DNA from: a virus
IMG/VR virus record: IMGVR_UViG_3300027798_000020
Location: 47,101 to 111,100 of that record
DNA: 64,000 nucleotides
Reading direction: 5' to 3' (one strand)
Below, piece by piece: positions 28,906-37,674 of the stretch. Position 1 is the first letter of the stretch, and the number at the start of each line of letters is the position of its first letter. Both the position numbers and the translations under genes were made by a program. The notes below the pieces were generated by a model, which made no database searches, was not told where the DNA came from, and saw nothing but the letters and a program-made list of their open reading frames with translations.

Positions 28906-29816
28906 AAGAACTTTGGACAGAAAAATACAGACCGGATACACTAGACGGATATGTATTTGCAGACGACCTACAAAAAGGTCAAATTGAAAACTGGATTAAA
29001 GAAGGATCAATTCCTCATTTGATGTTTAGCGGAAATGCAGGTGTTGGTAAAACTACATTGGCTAAAATTTTAATTAACAAACTTGAAATACAAGATACCG
29101 ATGTACTGTATGCTAACGGTTCAAAGGAAGGTCGTAAGATCGAGTGGGTTGATAAACTAATTGGTTTTTGTCAAACAATGCCGTTTGGTGATGTTAAAAT
29201 TGTGTTGATTGACGAGGCAGACTATCTTAACGCACAGTCTGTACAGCCCGCACTACGCAATCTTATGGAGGAGTACAGTCACAGTGTACGATTTATTCTT
29301 ACCTGTAACTATCCTAATAAAATTATTCCACCGTTACATAGTCGATGCCAACGTCTGCATATTGAAAAAACAGACTTAACTGAGTTTACTGCTCGTGTTG
29401 CTATGATCCTTGTAACTGAAAATATCGAATTTGATCTTGACACGTTAGACACCTATGTAAAAGGAACCTATCCGGACTTGCGCAAGTGTATTAATAACTT
29501 GCAAATGAATAGTTTAAACGCTAAACTTGAAAAACCTGAGTCTGTAGATAACAGCAGTGACTATCGAATTGCTATGGTTGACCTATTTAAGAATGGAAAG
29601 ATTAGCGAAGCTCGTAAACTAATTTGTGGTCAGGCTCGACCAGAAGAAATGGAGGAAATTTATCGGTGGTTGTACGATAATATTGAATTGTTTGGCAACG
29701 AGAGCCAACAAGATAAGGCTGTGCTAATCATCAAAGACGGATTAGTTAACCATAGCTTAGTTGCAGATGCTGAAATTAACCTAGCCGCAACATTAATTAG
29801 ACTGAGTCATTTATAA
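28902..29816 (+). CDS. Clamp loader AAA+ subunit (T4 gp44/RFC small-like)
   Basis: LWTEKYRP, GNAGVGKTT, LIDEADYL, FILTCN, LHSRC. Confidence 0.92.
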   Translation: MKELWTEKYRPDTLDGYVFADDLQKGQIENWIKEGSIPHLMFSGNAGVGKTTLAKILINKLEIQDTDVLYANGSKEGRKIEWVDKLIGFCQTMPFGDVKIVLIDEADYLNAQSVQPALRNLMEEYSHSVRFILTCNYPNKIIPPLHSRCQRLHIEKTDLTEFTARVAMILVTENIEFDLDTLDTYVKGTYPDLRKCINNLQMNSLNAKLEKPESVDNSSDYRIAMVDLFKNGKISEARKLICGQARPEEMEEIYRWLYDNIELFGNESQQDKAVLIIKDGLVNHSLVADAEINLAATLIRLSHL

Positions 29817-29845
29817 AAATAGGGGCGCAATGCCCCTATTTCATT
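29815..29845. terminator. Bidirectional intrinsic terminator
   Basis: AAATAGGGGC-gcaat-GCCCCTATTT between convergent genes. Confidence 0.8.
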
Positions 29846-30564
29846 TAGTCTCCATAAACCGCTAACACCTCCTTTACGGCATTATGGCGTTCGATCTCTT
29901 TGGCAGTAAATTCAACAATATCAATATGTTTTAGTTTGCTGAAGTTTTGCATTAGTTGGCAAAATTCTGATAAACCGTTGTTATCAAGCCGGTCTGCTTG
30001 ATTCAAGTCTCCAGTTACAACCATTTTAGAGTGTTCCCCTAGTCTGGTTAACAGCATTTTCATTTGATTCTGAGTGGCATTTTGCATTTCATCTGCTATA
30101 ACGTAAGCGTTCTTAAATGTGCGTCCACGCATATAAGCTAACGGACTGATCTCAATTACACCTTCTTCTAGCATTTTGGCAATGTCTTTTGCTTGGTAGT
30201 ATTCTCCTAATACGTCAAAAATTGGTCTTGTCCACGGCGCCATCTTTTCATTTAGCGTTCCTGGTAAGAATCCAAGGTCTTCATCTACACTAACGGCGGG
30301 TCTTGTAACTATGAGTTTGTCGACAATACCTTCCTGAAATAGTTTGATGCCTACTTGCACCGCTAGCATAGTCTTGCCCGTTCCTGCTGGGCCAACTGCA
30401 AAAACAATACTTTTACTATCGTCTTGAAGTTTATCTAGATATACTTGTTGCGTGGAATTACGTGCATACAGGCTGACTCGCTGTTTCTTCTGTGGAAGAT
30501 ATGTATCGAAATCTATCACATTCACGTTTGAAGTAAAACGTTTTTTCACTCGGTTTTTACTCAT
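29845..30564 (-). CDS. phoH: PhoH-like ATPase
   Basis: GPAGTGKT, GFLPG, YMRGRTF, DEMQN, TRLG, GDLNQ, RH motifs. Confidence 0.93.
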   Translation of the reverse strand: MSKNRVKKRFTSNVNVIDFDTYLPQKKQRVSLYARNSTQQVYLDKLQDDSKSIVFAVGPAGTGKTMLAVQVGIKLFQEGIVDKLIVTRPAVSVDEDLGFLPGTLNEKMAPWTRPIFDVLGEYYQAKDIAKMLEEGVIEISPLAYMRGRTFKNAYVIADEMQNATQNQMKMLLTRLGEHSKMVVTGDLNQADRLDNNGLSEFCQLMQNFSKLKHIDIVEFTAKEIERHNAVKEVLAVYGD

Positions 30565-30722
30565 TGTTTTTCGTCTCCTACTTTAGGGAAAAATAGGACA
30601 CTGTAGTGACCGCCCGATAACTACAGAGGTCCTACACTATTATTTACAGTTTTATACTAAAATCATTCAGTTATACTATAAAAACACATCGGATAAATAT
30701 TAGATATAAAAGAGCCATTACT

Positions 30723-31301
30723 ATGCAAGACATACTAGACGTTATAAAAAACGTAAAAGACGTTTACGAAAACAACACTAATCTAGGAGTTTTAAAAGAC
30801 TTTGAACGTGTGTTAGACGAAGTGGATTTATACGTATATAAAAACTGGGAAGACGGTGAATTAGCCGTAGGGCCAAAGGTTGACCGTCACTGGATCACTT
30901 GCGGATTCATGTGGGATAAAGATCACATGCCAGACCCTGACGGGGGTAAAAGACTAGTTGAATTAGGATGTAAAATTACATTTGAAAAAACAAACCTAAT
31001 AGAACCTAGAAAGATAAAAAGCCCAGATGATTTTAGACCAGGTACTAAAAAAGGTAAATTAGATCATACTCCTGTATGGCTGGTTACAATTCGAATGCCT
31101 AAGAAACTAGCCTTTGACATTTATAAAGGCTATATGAATAAGATGAAGGGTGAGGACGAAATATCTGGCATTACTAAACAAGGCACAACTACTCCTATGG
31201 ATGCCGGTGCAACTAAAGAAGCGGCAGGTGCCGCCCAAGGGGGTGCCGCTCCAACTGCTCCAGGTGCATCAGCACCAGCACCAACCGCTCCAGCGGTATA
31301 A
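30723..31301 (+). CDS. Late-expressed hypothetical phage protein
   Basis: GATAAATA at 30692; LKDFERVLDE.DLYVY.NW.DGEL; Ala/Pro tail. Confidence 0.7.
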   Translation: MQDILDVIKNVKDVYENNTNLGVLKDFERVLDEVDLYVYKNWEDGELAVGPKVDRHWITCGFMWDKDHMPDPDGGKRLVELGCKITFEKTNLIEPRKIKSPDDFRPGTKKGKLDHTPVWLVTIRMPKKLAFDIYKGYMNKMKGEDEISGITKQGTTTPMDAGATKEAAGAAQGGAAPTAPGASAPAPTAPAV

Positions 31302-31310
31302 GGATAAGAC

Positions 31311-32030
31311 ATGGCGCTAAGAGCTAACGACTTAAAAGACCTAGTTAAAGATATTTTTGAAATTGATAATTTTAAAAGTAAATTAGGTGACGACAACGAA
31401 ATAGTAGTTCTCAGTTTTACTGTAGACTACAAAGACCCGGCTGATGACTTAGAACATTTCTTTGAAATGGGGTATGAGTTTGTATTAGATGCAGATGTAA
31501 CAGCCGGTGAGATGGACGACGGACGTTACAAAGTGTTTGTTGAACTTGAAAGAGGCAGACATGTTGCCAAACAAATATTTGAACTAGTTGAAGGATTGAA
31601 AAAACTTTCAGGGTTAGATCGCATAAAGTTTAGATACTACAAAAGTTTCAAGAGCTACGAAGCAACTGAAGATAACTTAGATCTCATTGTGCCTAAAGAC
31701 GGCAACTCTTATAAAATTGCTACAGATCAAAATCAATTGAATAACTTTAGTACGTTTTTTGGAAATAGTTTTGCTGACGAGATTTCAATTGCTGAAGATA
31801 AAATATCATTTGTTAGAGATAAGAATCATATTGCCGCGTTTAATATTTTAGAATGCGGCATAACTAAAGAAGTTTATAATTCAATTAGCGGCCCTATTAT
31901 GTTAGAAAGCAAAGACATTGCCGAGGTTTTATTTTTAACTAAGTGTATTGGTAACTATAACATCACCAAGGTTGGTGATAAATTTATTTTTGAAAACAGC
32001 GGATATGCTGTAGCTTTGGAGAAAGTATAA
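31311..32030 (+). CDS. Hypothetical phage protein
   Basis: 239-aa ORF coupled to the endolysin. Confidence 0.7.
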   Translation: MALRANDLKDLVKDIFEIDNFKSKLGDDNEIVVLSFTVDYKDPADDLEHFFEMGYEFVLDADVTAGEMDDGRYKVFVELERGRHVAKQIFELVEGLKKLSGLDRIKFRYYKSFKSYEATEDNLDLIVPKDGNSYKIATDQNQLNNFSTFFGNSFADEISIAEDKISFVRDKNHIAAFNILECGITKEVYNSISGPIMLESKDIAEVLFLTKCIGNYNITKVGDKFIFENSGYAVALEKV

Positions 32031-32659
32031 TGTCAGGATTTGATTTCGATTTTACTAAACAACAACTTGCAGAAATTATCAAAGGAAACTCCTATATTGA
32101 TAATTGGTATCATGCTCTAAGTGAGATTTTACCAGAGTATGAAATTAATACTAAACCAAGGGTTGCCGCGTTTTTAGCCCAATGCGCTCATGAAAGTGGC
32201 GGATTTAAATTCTTAAAAGAGAATCTAAACTACAAAGCCGCTAGTCTACGTAAAGTATTTCCTAAATATTTCCCAGACGATGCAACCGCTGCCGCTTATG
32301 CTAATAAGCCGCAAATGATTGCCAACAGAGTCTATGCTAATCGCATGGGCAACGGTGACGAGGCCAGTGGTGACGGTTGGCAATTTTGTGGACGTGGACT
32401 TATTCAATTAACTGGTAAGAACAACTATACATTTTTTGCAGCCAGTTTAGGTATTCCACTAGACGAAGCATCAGAATATTTAGAAACGTTTGAAGGTGCT
32501 ATTCAATCGGGTTGCTTCTTCTGGGAGCAAAACAAACTTAACCAGTGGGCAGATGCAGGTGATATCTTAACATTGACTAAACGCATCAACGGTGGTACTA
32601 TCGGTCTAGAAGATCGTATTAAGCATTACAATCACGCACTTCACGTTCTAGGACATTAA
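32030..32659 (+). CDS. Endolysin, glycoside hydrolase family 19
   Basis: AAFLAQCAHESGG, ENLNY, GRGLIQLTG..NY, TKRINGG..GL.DR. Confidence 0.92.
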   Translation: MSGFDFDFTKQQLAEIIKGNSYIDNWYHALSEILPEYEINTKPRVAAFLAQCAHESGGFKFLKENLNYKAASLRKVFPKYFPDDATAAAYANKPQMIANRVYANRMGNGDEASGDGWQFCGRGLIQLTGKNNYTFFAASLGIPLDEASEYLETFEGAIQSGCFFWEQNKLNQWADAGDILTLTKRINGGTIGLEDRIKHYNHALHVLGH

Positions 32660-32660
32660 T

Positions 32661-33149
32661 ATGTCACAGATTACATGGATGATCGGTCTAATACCTGATG
32701 CAGTACTAAATTGGGCATACTGGGCTATAATTATTGCTGGTGTTACTGGTGTACTTGCTGGATGGTTAGGCAAGTGGATTCCATTCTACGGAAACTACGT
32801 AAAGATTCTACAACCTGTAGGTATTGTATTACTAGTGCTAGGCGTATGGTTGCGTGGTGGCTACGATACAGAAATGGCTTGGCGGACAAAGGTTGCTGAA
32901 GCTGAAGCACGAGTTGCAGTTGCTGAACAGAAGTCACAAGAAACCAATACAGTTATACAAGAAAAAGTAGTAGAAAAGACCAAAGTTATCAAAGGCAAGA
33001 CTGAGTACATTACACAATATCTTGACCGTGAAGTTGTAAAGAAAGAAGAGATCATCAAGTACATAGAACAATGCCCTGTGCCTAAAGAGATCATTGACAT
33101 ACACAATCAAGCCGCAGAGATGAACAAGGCAGCGGAGGGTAAGAAATGA
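32661..33149 (+). CDS. Inner-membrane spanin (Rz-like)
   Basis: N-terminal TM helices plus coiled coil; follows endolysin and overlaps a lipoprotein gene. Confidence 0.7.
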   Translation: MSQITWMIGLIPDAVLNWAYWAIIIAGVTGVLAGWLGKWIPFYGNYVKILQPVGIVLLVLGVWLRGGYDTEMAWRTKVAEAEARVAVAEQKSQETNTVIQEKVVEKTKVIKGKTEYITQYLDREVVKKEEIIKYIEQCPVPKEIIDIHNQAAEMNKAAEGKK

Positions 33150-33412
33150 AATACATTATTTTAGGTCTTGCTATAGTTCTAACTGCCTGTTCTACACCTG
33201 TTCCAGTTAGCCAACGATTCCCCGATGTTCCTAAAGCATTGGTAGAACGATGCGAAAGTCTTAGAAAAGTAGAAGGTGACAAGGTTGCTATCACAGAGAT
33301 GTTAAAAGTAGTTGTACAAAACTACGGCATGTACTACGAATGTGCGGCAAAAGTTGACGGGTGGAATGACTGGTATCAGGAACAAAAACGCATTTACGAG
33401 AGTGTAAAATGA
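33146..33412 (+). CDS. Outer-membrane spanin lipoprotein (Rz1-like)
   Basis: Lipobox LTAC, Pro-rich segment, two further Cys. Confidence 0.75.
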   Translation: MKYIILGLAIVLTACSTPVPVSQRFPDVPKALVERCESLRKVEGDKVAITEMLKVVVQNYGMYYECAAKVDGWNDWYQEQKRIYESVK

Positions 33413-33636
33413 AAATTGCCGTTGTTATTATAGCCGTAATGCTATCGGGTTGTGCTGTTATGTCTAATCCAGAGGTTGAAAAATCTGTATCTAGAGATAA
33501 AACAATGGAGCAGATGGCAAAAGCGGCATTAATCAACGATATGTTGCACAGTCCAGATGCTCATGTAAGGGCAAAGGGAGCCTCTATTGCAGAAAAGTTT
33601 TTAACGGAACCTAAACGAAACTTATTTGGATTTTAA
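33409..33636 (+). CDS. Small lipoprotein
   Basis: Signal peptide with lipobox LSGC. Confidence 0.65.
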   Translation: MKIAVVIIAVMLSGCAVMSNPEVEKSVSRDKTMEQMAKAALINDMLHSPDAHVRAKGASIAEKFLTEPKRNLFGF

Positions 33637-33660
33637 TTGCAACAAAAGATAATTTAAAAT

Positions 33661-35211
33661 ATGGCAAATATAGTAATATGTGCAGGTATAACATTTTCAA
33701 CTGCTCATATGAGACCAGTTGGAGCTTTTCAATTAGCAAATGTTCTTAGACGAGCAGGATACACAGTTCAAGTAATTGATTGTTGGCCGTGGATTGCCGA
33801 CATGGGGGTGGAGGTAGTTAAAAGAGTATTAGAACACTTTGTAAACGAGGATACCTTGTGGGTTGGATTCAGTTCAACTTGGCTTACTAAAATTAAACAA
33901 CCAAAGTCAACTATTGGTTCAATATACAGTGATCTCGACAAATTAATTGAAAATACATATATCTTTGACCCAGAAGAATTAAACAATCTTAAAAGTCATT
34001 TAAAAACTCGAAGCCCTAATTGTAAATTTGTGCTAGGAGGAGGTAGAGCTACATTAGGAAGAACTGGCAAGGTTCCGCCATTTATTGATTGTTTTATTGA
34101 AGGGTATGCTGACACTACTGTGTTAGAATGGACCAAATATTGCCAAGGTAAAAATCCGTTCTTGCCTGTAACTAAGAACGCAGACGGGTCGATTAGCCTT
34201 ACTCATGATCACAAGGCTAGTAGCTTTGACTACAACAACCATAAATTTAATTGGCATGATAACGATATGGTTGGTCAAGGCGAAGCACTGCCTATGGAAA
34301 TTGCCCGAGGATGCATTTTTAGTTGTGCATTTTGTGCATACCCATTAAATGGTCGAAAGAAATTAGATTATCTTAAAGACCCAATTATTATACGTCAACA
34401 GCTAGAAGAAAACTACGAAAAATTTGGTACTACTCATTATTGGTTTCTAGATGACACCTTTAACGACAGTATAGATAAATTAAAAATTCTTAATCAATCA
34501 GTATTTTCAAAATTACCGTTTAAGGTTAATTTCTCTGCATTTATGCGACTTGATTTAATAAATGCACATCCAGAATCTATTGACTTGTTAAGCGAGATGG
34601 GGTGCGGTGGAATAAGTTTTGGAATCGAATCGTTGAACTATGAATCAGTAAAGGCCATAGGCAAAGGCATATCTAGGGATAAAATTTTTAATACCTTAAC
34701 AAAAATTAAAGAAAAAATGCCCAATGCCATTGTTGACTCTCAGTTTATTTTAGGGTTACCGTACGAAACACGGGAGACTGCCGAGGATTGGCTTAAAGAA
34801 ATTGAACATCCGGATTACCCGTTACATAATATTAAAATTCATACGTTGACTATGAATACCGTGTCAGGATACGAAAATATTTGGTTAAGTCATTTTGAAA
34901 AAAATCCAGAAAAGTACGGTTATACGTTTCCTACAGAAAATAAGACCTATTGGGTCAACAACATGAATTTCAGTAGAAAAGAAGCGTTTGAAATAATAAA
35001 AATGCATCAGAATTTTATCGATACTAAAAACGGACACGGTGGCGAGGGGTGGTTAGGCTATGCAGGAATTAGAAATATGGGGGTTTCTGAGGAAACTGTT
35101 AAAGAACTGTATAGTATGCATAGATTATATAGAATTCCGCGAGTAAATGAGATTAGACGACAGTTTACAAGTACATATATCCAAAATTTGTTAAAATTGG
35201 ATCCACAATAA
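33661..35211 (+). CDS. Cobalamin-binding radical SAM protein
   Basis: B12-binding-like N-terminus (LANVLRRAGYTVQVID, VGFSST, VLGGG); EIARGCIFSCAFC; DDTFND; FGIES. Confidence 0.85.
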   Translation: MANIVICAGITFSTAHMRPVGAFQLANVLRRAGYTVQVIDCWPWIADMGVEVVKRVLEHFVNEDTLWVGFSSTWLTKIKQPKSTIGSIYSDLDKLIENTYIFDPEELNNLKSHLKTRSPNCKFVLGGGRATLGRTGKVPPFIDCFIEGYADTTVLEWTKYCQGKNPFLPVTKNADGSISLTHDHKASSFDYNNHKFNWHDNDMVGQGEALPMEIARGCIFSCAFCAYPLNGRKKLDYLKDPIIIRQQLEENYEKFGTTHYWFLDDTFNDSIDKLKILNQSVFSKLPFKVNFSAFMRLDLINAHPESIDLLSEMGCGGISFGIESLNYESVKAIGKGISRDKIFNTLTKIKEKMPNAIVDSQFILGLPYETRETAEDWLKEIEHPDYPLHNIKIHTLTMNTVSGYENIWLSHFEKNPEKYGYTFPTENKTYWVNNMNFSRKEAFEIIKMHQNFIDTKNGHGGEGWLGYAGIRNMGVSEETVKELYSMHRLYRIPRVNEIRRQFTSTYIQNLLKLDPQ

Positions 35212-35241
35212 ATACTAGTATATTAAGTAGGAGCGAAGTAA

Positions 35242-35805
35242 ATGGCATTAATTGATTCAGTATTAAATTTAGTAAACAAACAACCTAAAGATCCGGACGC
35301 ACCAAAGCCTCCAGTGGGATCAAGATCAGAGCGTGAAGCCAAGCTAAAAGACAAAGCAGGTATGGTTATTTCCGTATTTGCTCTATTACTAGCAGTTAAC
35401 AGTTGGTACGGTGGTAAGTTAAGTTCAACAGTTCTTAACAATACACTAGGTGCTAACAACACATGGGCACAGTATCAAGCCAAAGCAGGTCGTGGCGTTA
35501 GCTACGAGATTGCGGCTAAGACAGCAAGCGATCCAAAAATTAAAGCAGAGTTCATGGCAGAGAAAGAACGCATGGATGATGACAAGAAAGAACTTGCTGT
35601 TAAAGCAAAAGCAATGGAAGCAGAGCGTGAAGTGGCTAAAAAATCTAGTCCTTGGATTGCATATGCTAATACAGCATATCAGTTAGCAATCGTTGTGCTA
35701 TCGGCAAGTATTCTTGCAGTTAGCATGGGCATGTTCTGGGGTAGTTTTGTTGTTGCAGGATTTGGAATATTATTAAGTCTCAACGGCTTATACCTTTGGT
35801 TCTAA
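35242..35805 (+). CDS. Membrane protein (DUF4337-like)
   Basis: TM - WAQYQAK coiled coil - two TMs; TAAATA at 35209. Confidence 0.65.
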   Translation: MALIDSVLNLVNKQPKDPDAPKPPVGSRSEREAKLKDKAGMVISVFALLLAVNSWYGGKLSSTVLNNTLGANNTWAQYQAKAGRGVSYEIAAKTASDPKIKAEFMAEKERMDDDKKELAVKAKAMEAEREVAKKSSPWIAYANTAYQLAIVVLSASILAVSMGMFWGSFVVAGFGILLSLNGLYLWF

Positions 35806-35815
35806 GGAGAACACT

Positions 35816-35932
35816 ATGTTAGATATTTTATTATGGGTAGCAGTAGGAGCATTTGTAGGATGGAATTTTCCTCAGCCTTTCTGGGCTAAAGCAATGCAGG
35901 AAAAAATTCAAACAATGATTGCCAAAAAGTAA
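35816..35932 (+). CDS. Small membrane peptide (not in ORF track)
   Basis: SD AAGGAG; MLDILLWVAVGAFVGWNFPQPFWAK..., 38 aa. Confidence 0.6.
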   Translation: MLDILLWVAVGAFVGWNFPQPFWAKAMQEKIQTMIAKK

Positions 35933-35952
35933 TCAACAAATAGGAGCGGGAA

Positions 35953-36492
35953 ATGAGCGAAGAAGTTAAAAGCGAAAGCGAAAAGAAAAAAGAAGATTGG
36001 ATGAATTCAAAATGGCGTCCAATGATGGGTTGGATGTACATGTTGGTCTGTACCATGGACATGGTTATATTTCCAATCTTATGGAGTTTATTACAAACTA
36101 CAACAGGCACACAAATTACACAATGGAATCCACTAACCCTACAAGGTGCTGGTTTATTCCATATTGCAATGGGTGCGGTATTAGGTATTGCGGCGTTTGG
36201 TCGTACACAAGAAAAATTAGGCGGAGCAAATAATGGCGGAGCACAATTACCATCGAGCGGGTTTACAGCACCTAGCGCACCTCAATCAGGATTTGGTGCA
36301 CCGACGGGGGGCTTTGGTTCTACAGCACCAAACAGCTTTGGCGGAGGCGGGTTTGGAAGCGCACCTCCAGCACCGTCAACAAGTTTTACACCAGCACCCA
36401 GTTGGGGTACAACACCAGTTGCGTCAGCAAAACCAATGACTAGTAGCACAGGTAAACCGATGCCTATGCAACCAGATCAACCAGAACTATAA
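35953..36492 (+). CDS. Holin (3TM/GTA holin-like)
   Basis: WRPMMGW...FPILW...LGIAAFGRTQEK; low-complexity G/P/S tail. Confidence 0.75.
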   Translation: MSEEVKSESEKKKEDWMNSKWRPMMGWMYMLVCTMDMVIFPILWSLLQTTTGTQITQWNPLTLQGAGLFHIAMGAVLGIAAFGRTQEKLGGANNGGAQLPSSGFTAPSAPQSGFGAPTGGFGSTAPNSFGGGGFGSAPPAPSTSFTPAPSWGTTPVASAKPMTSSTGKPMPMQPDQPEL

Positions 36493-36503
36493 AGGAAAAC
36501 AAA

Positions 36504-36734
36504 ATGAAACATTTAATTTTTGTAGCAGGTCTAGCATTAGCTCTAGCATTCCCTGCACAGGCAGCAGAAGAAAAAAAAGCAGAAACTGTAAAAGTATGCG
36601 TTGACATTCAAGGTAAAGATGGCAAACCAGTAATAGATCCAAAAACTAAGAAACCTAAGCAAGATTGCAAAGAAGTTAAGAAACACAAAAAGCACGAAGG
36701 CACAGCAGTTCCGGAAGACAAAAAGAAGAAATAA
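36504..36734 (+). CDS. Small secreted basic protein
   Basis: Signal peptide ending AQA; two Cys; Lys-rich. Confidence 0.65.
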   Translation: MKHLIFVAGLALALAFPAQAAEEKKAETVKVCVDIQGKDGKPVIDPKTKKPKQDCKEVKKHKKHEGTAVPEDKKKK

Positions 36735-36746
36735 ACCATTCAAACA

Positions 36747-36801
36747 TTGACAGGTTCGGTCTAAGATAGTATAATTACTGTATTAGACTGGACCTATTTT
36801 T
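36747..36801 (+). promoter_or_regulatory. sigma70 promoter overlapping a long hairpin plus U-tract (likely terminator)
   Basis: TTGACA(36747)-17 bp-TATAAT(36770); AGGTTCGGTCTAAGATAGTA/TACTGTATTAGACTGGACCT stem followed by ATTTTT. Confidence 0.7.
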
Positions 36802-36807
36802 ACGACT

Positions 36808-37665
36808 ATGACAGACTTATATAAAACTTTAGGAATTGACCCAACTGCTAGTCAGGACGAAATTAAGCAGGCTTATCGAAGCTTGGCTATGAAACATCAT
36901 CCTGACCGAAATGGAGGCAACGATTCTAAATTTAAAGATATTCAAGGTGCGTATGCTACCCTAAGCGATCAACAAAAACGAGCTGAATACGATCAAATGC
37001 GCAATGGCGGAGGTAGTCAATTTAGATTTACTTCTAGTGAGGGGTTTGATCCGTTTGGGGATATGTTTGGAGGGGTTCCTCCGTTTGGGGGACAGCATCC
37101 GTTTGGAGATATATTTGGAAGGCAACGAGTTAGAAAAAATCGCGATTTAAATATACAATGTCAAATATCTCTATTAGATAGCTACGTTGGTAAACAATTG
37201 GAAGCCAGCTACCAATTGCCTAGTGGTCGATTACAAAGTGTTATTATTAATGTACCTCCCGGTATTGAACACGGTGCAACTATTAGATATCAAGGATTAG
37301 GTGATGATAGCCATCCTCAGTTGCAAAGAGGAGATTTAAATGTTACAATACTAGTAATGCAAGATCCCAAGTTTAGGCGTGAAGGGAACGATTTATATAC
37401 CCATTTAGATATAAGTCCAATTGAAGCAATGATTGGTTGTAGAAAATCAGTTGTATCTATAAACGGACAACATATAGCTATAGACGTTAGACCTGGGGTT
37501 GAAACTGGTGTTGAATATGCTGTGTTAGGTCACGGTTTTGCAAACGTTAACAACGCTATGCGTGGGCGATTGGTTGCTGAAATTAGAATTAAAACACCAG
37601 AGATAACAGATCCGGCACTGATTGAAAAATTAAAATTAATCGATCACGAAATTAATCATAGATAA
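36808..37665 (+). CDS. dnaJ: DnaJ-class co-chaperone (CbpA-like, no Zn finger)
   Basis: J domain with HPD, G/F-rich linker, C-terminal GDL...F.R.GNDL. Confidence 0.9.
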   Translation: MTDLYKTLGIDPTASQDEIKQAYRSLAMKHHPDRNGGNDSKFKDIQGAYATLSDQQKRAEYDQMRNGGGSQFRFTSSEGFDPFGDMFGGVPPFGGQHPFGDIFGRQRVRKNRDLNIQCQISLLDSYVGKQLEASYQLPSGRLQSVIINVPPGIEHGATIRYQGLGDDSHPQLQRGDLNVTILVMQDPKFRREGNDLYTHLDISPIEAMIGCRKSVVSINGQHIAIDVRPGVETGVEYAVLGHGFANVNNAMRGRLVAEIRIKTPEITDPALIEKLKLIDHEINHR

Positions 37666-37674
37666 AGGAAATAT

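Noticed and set aside
33600-33636. C-terminal NLFGF of the small lipoprotein as a clamp-binding motif
   Set aside because: The protein is an exported lipoprotein, so the resemblance is most likely chance
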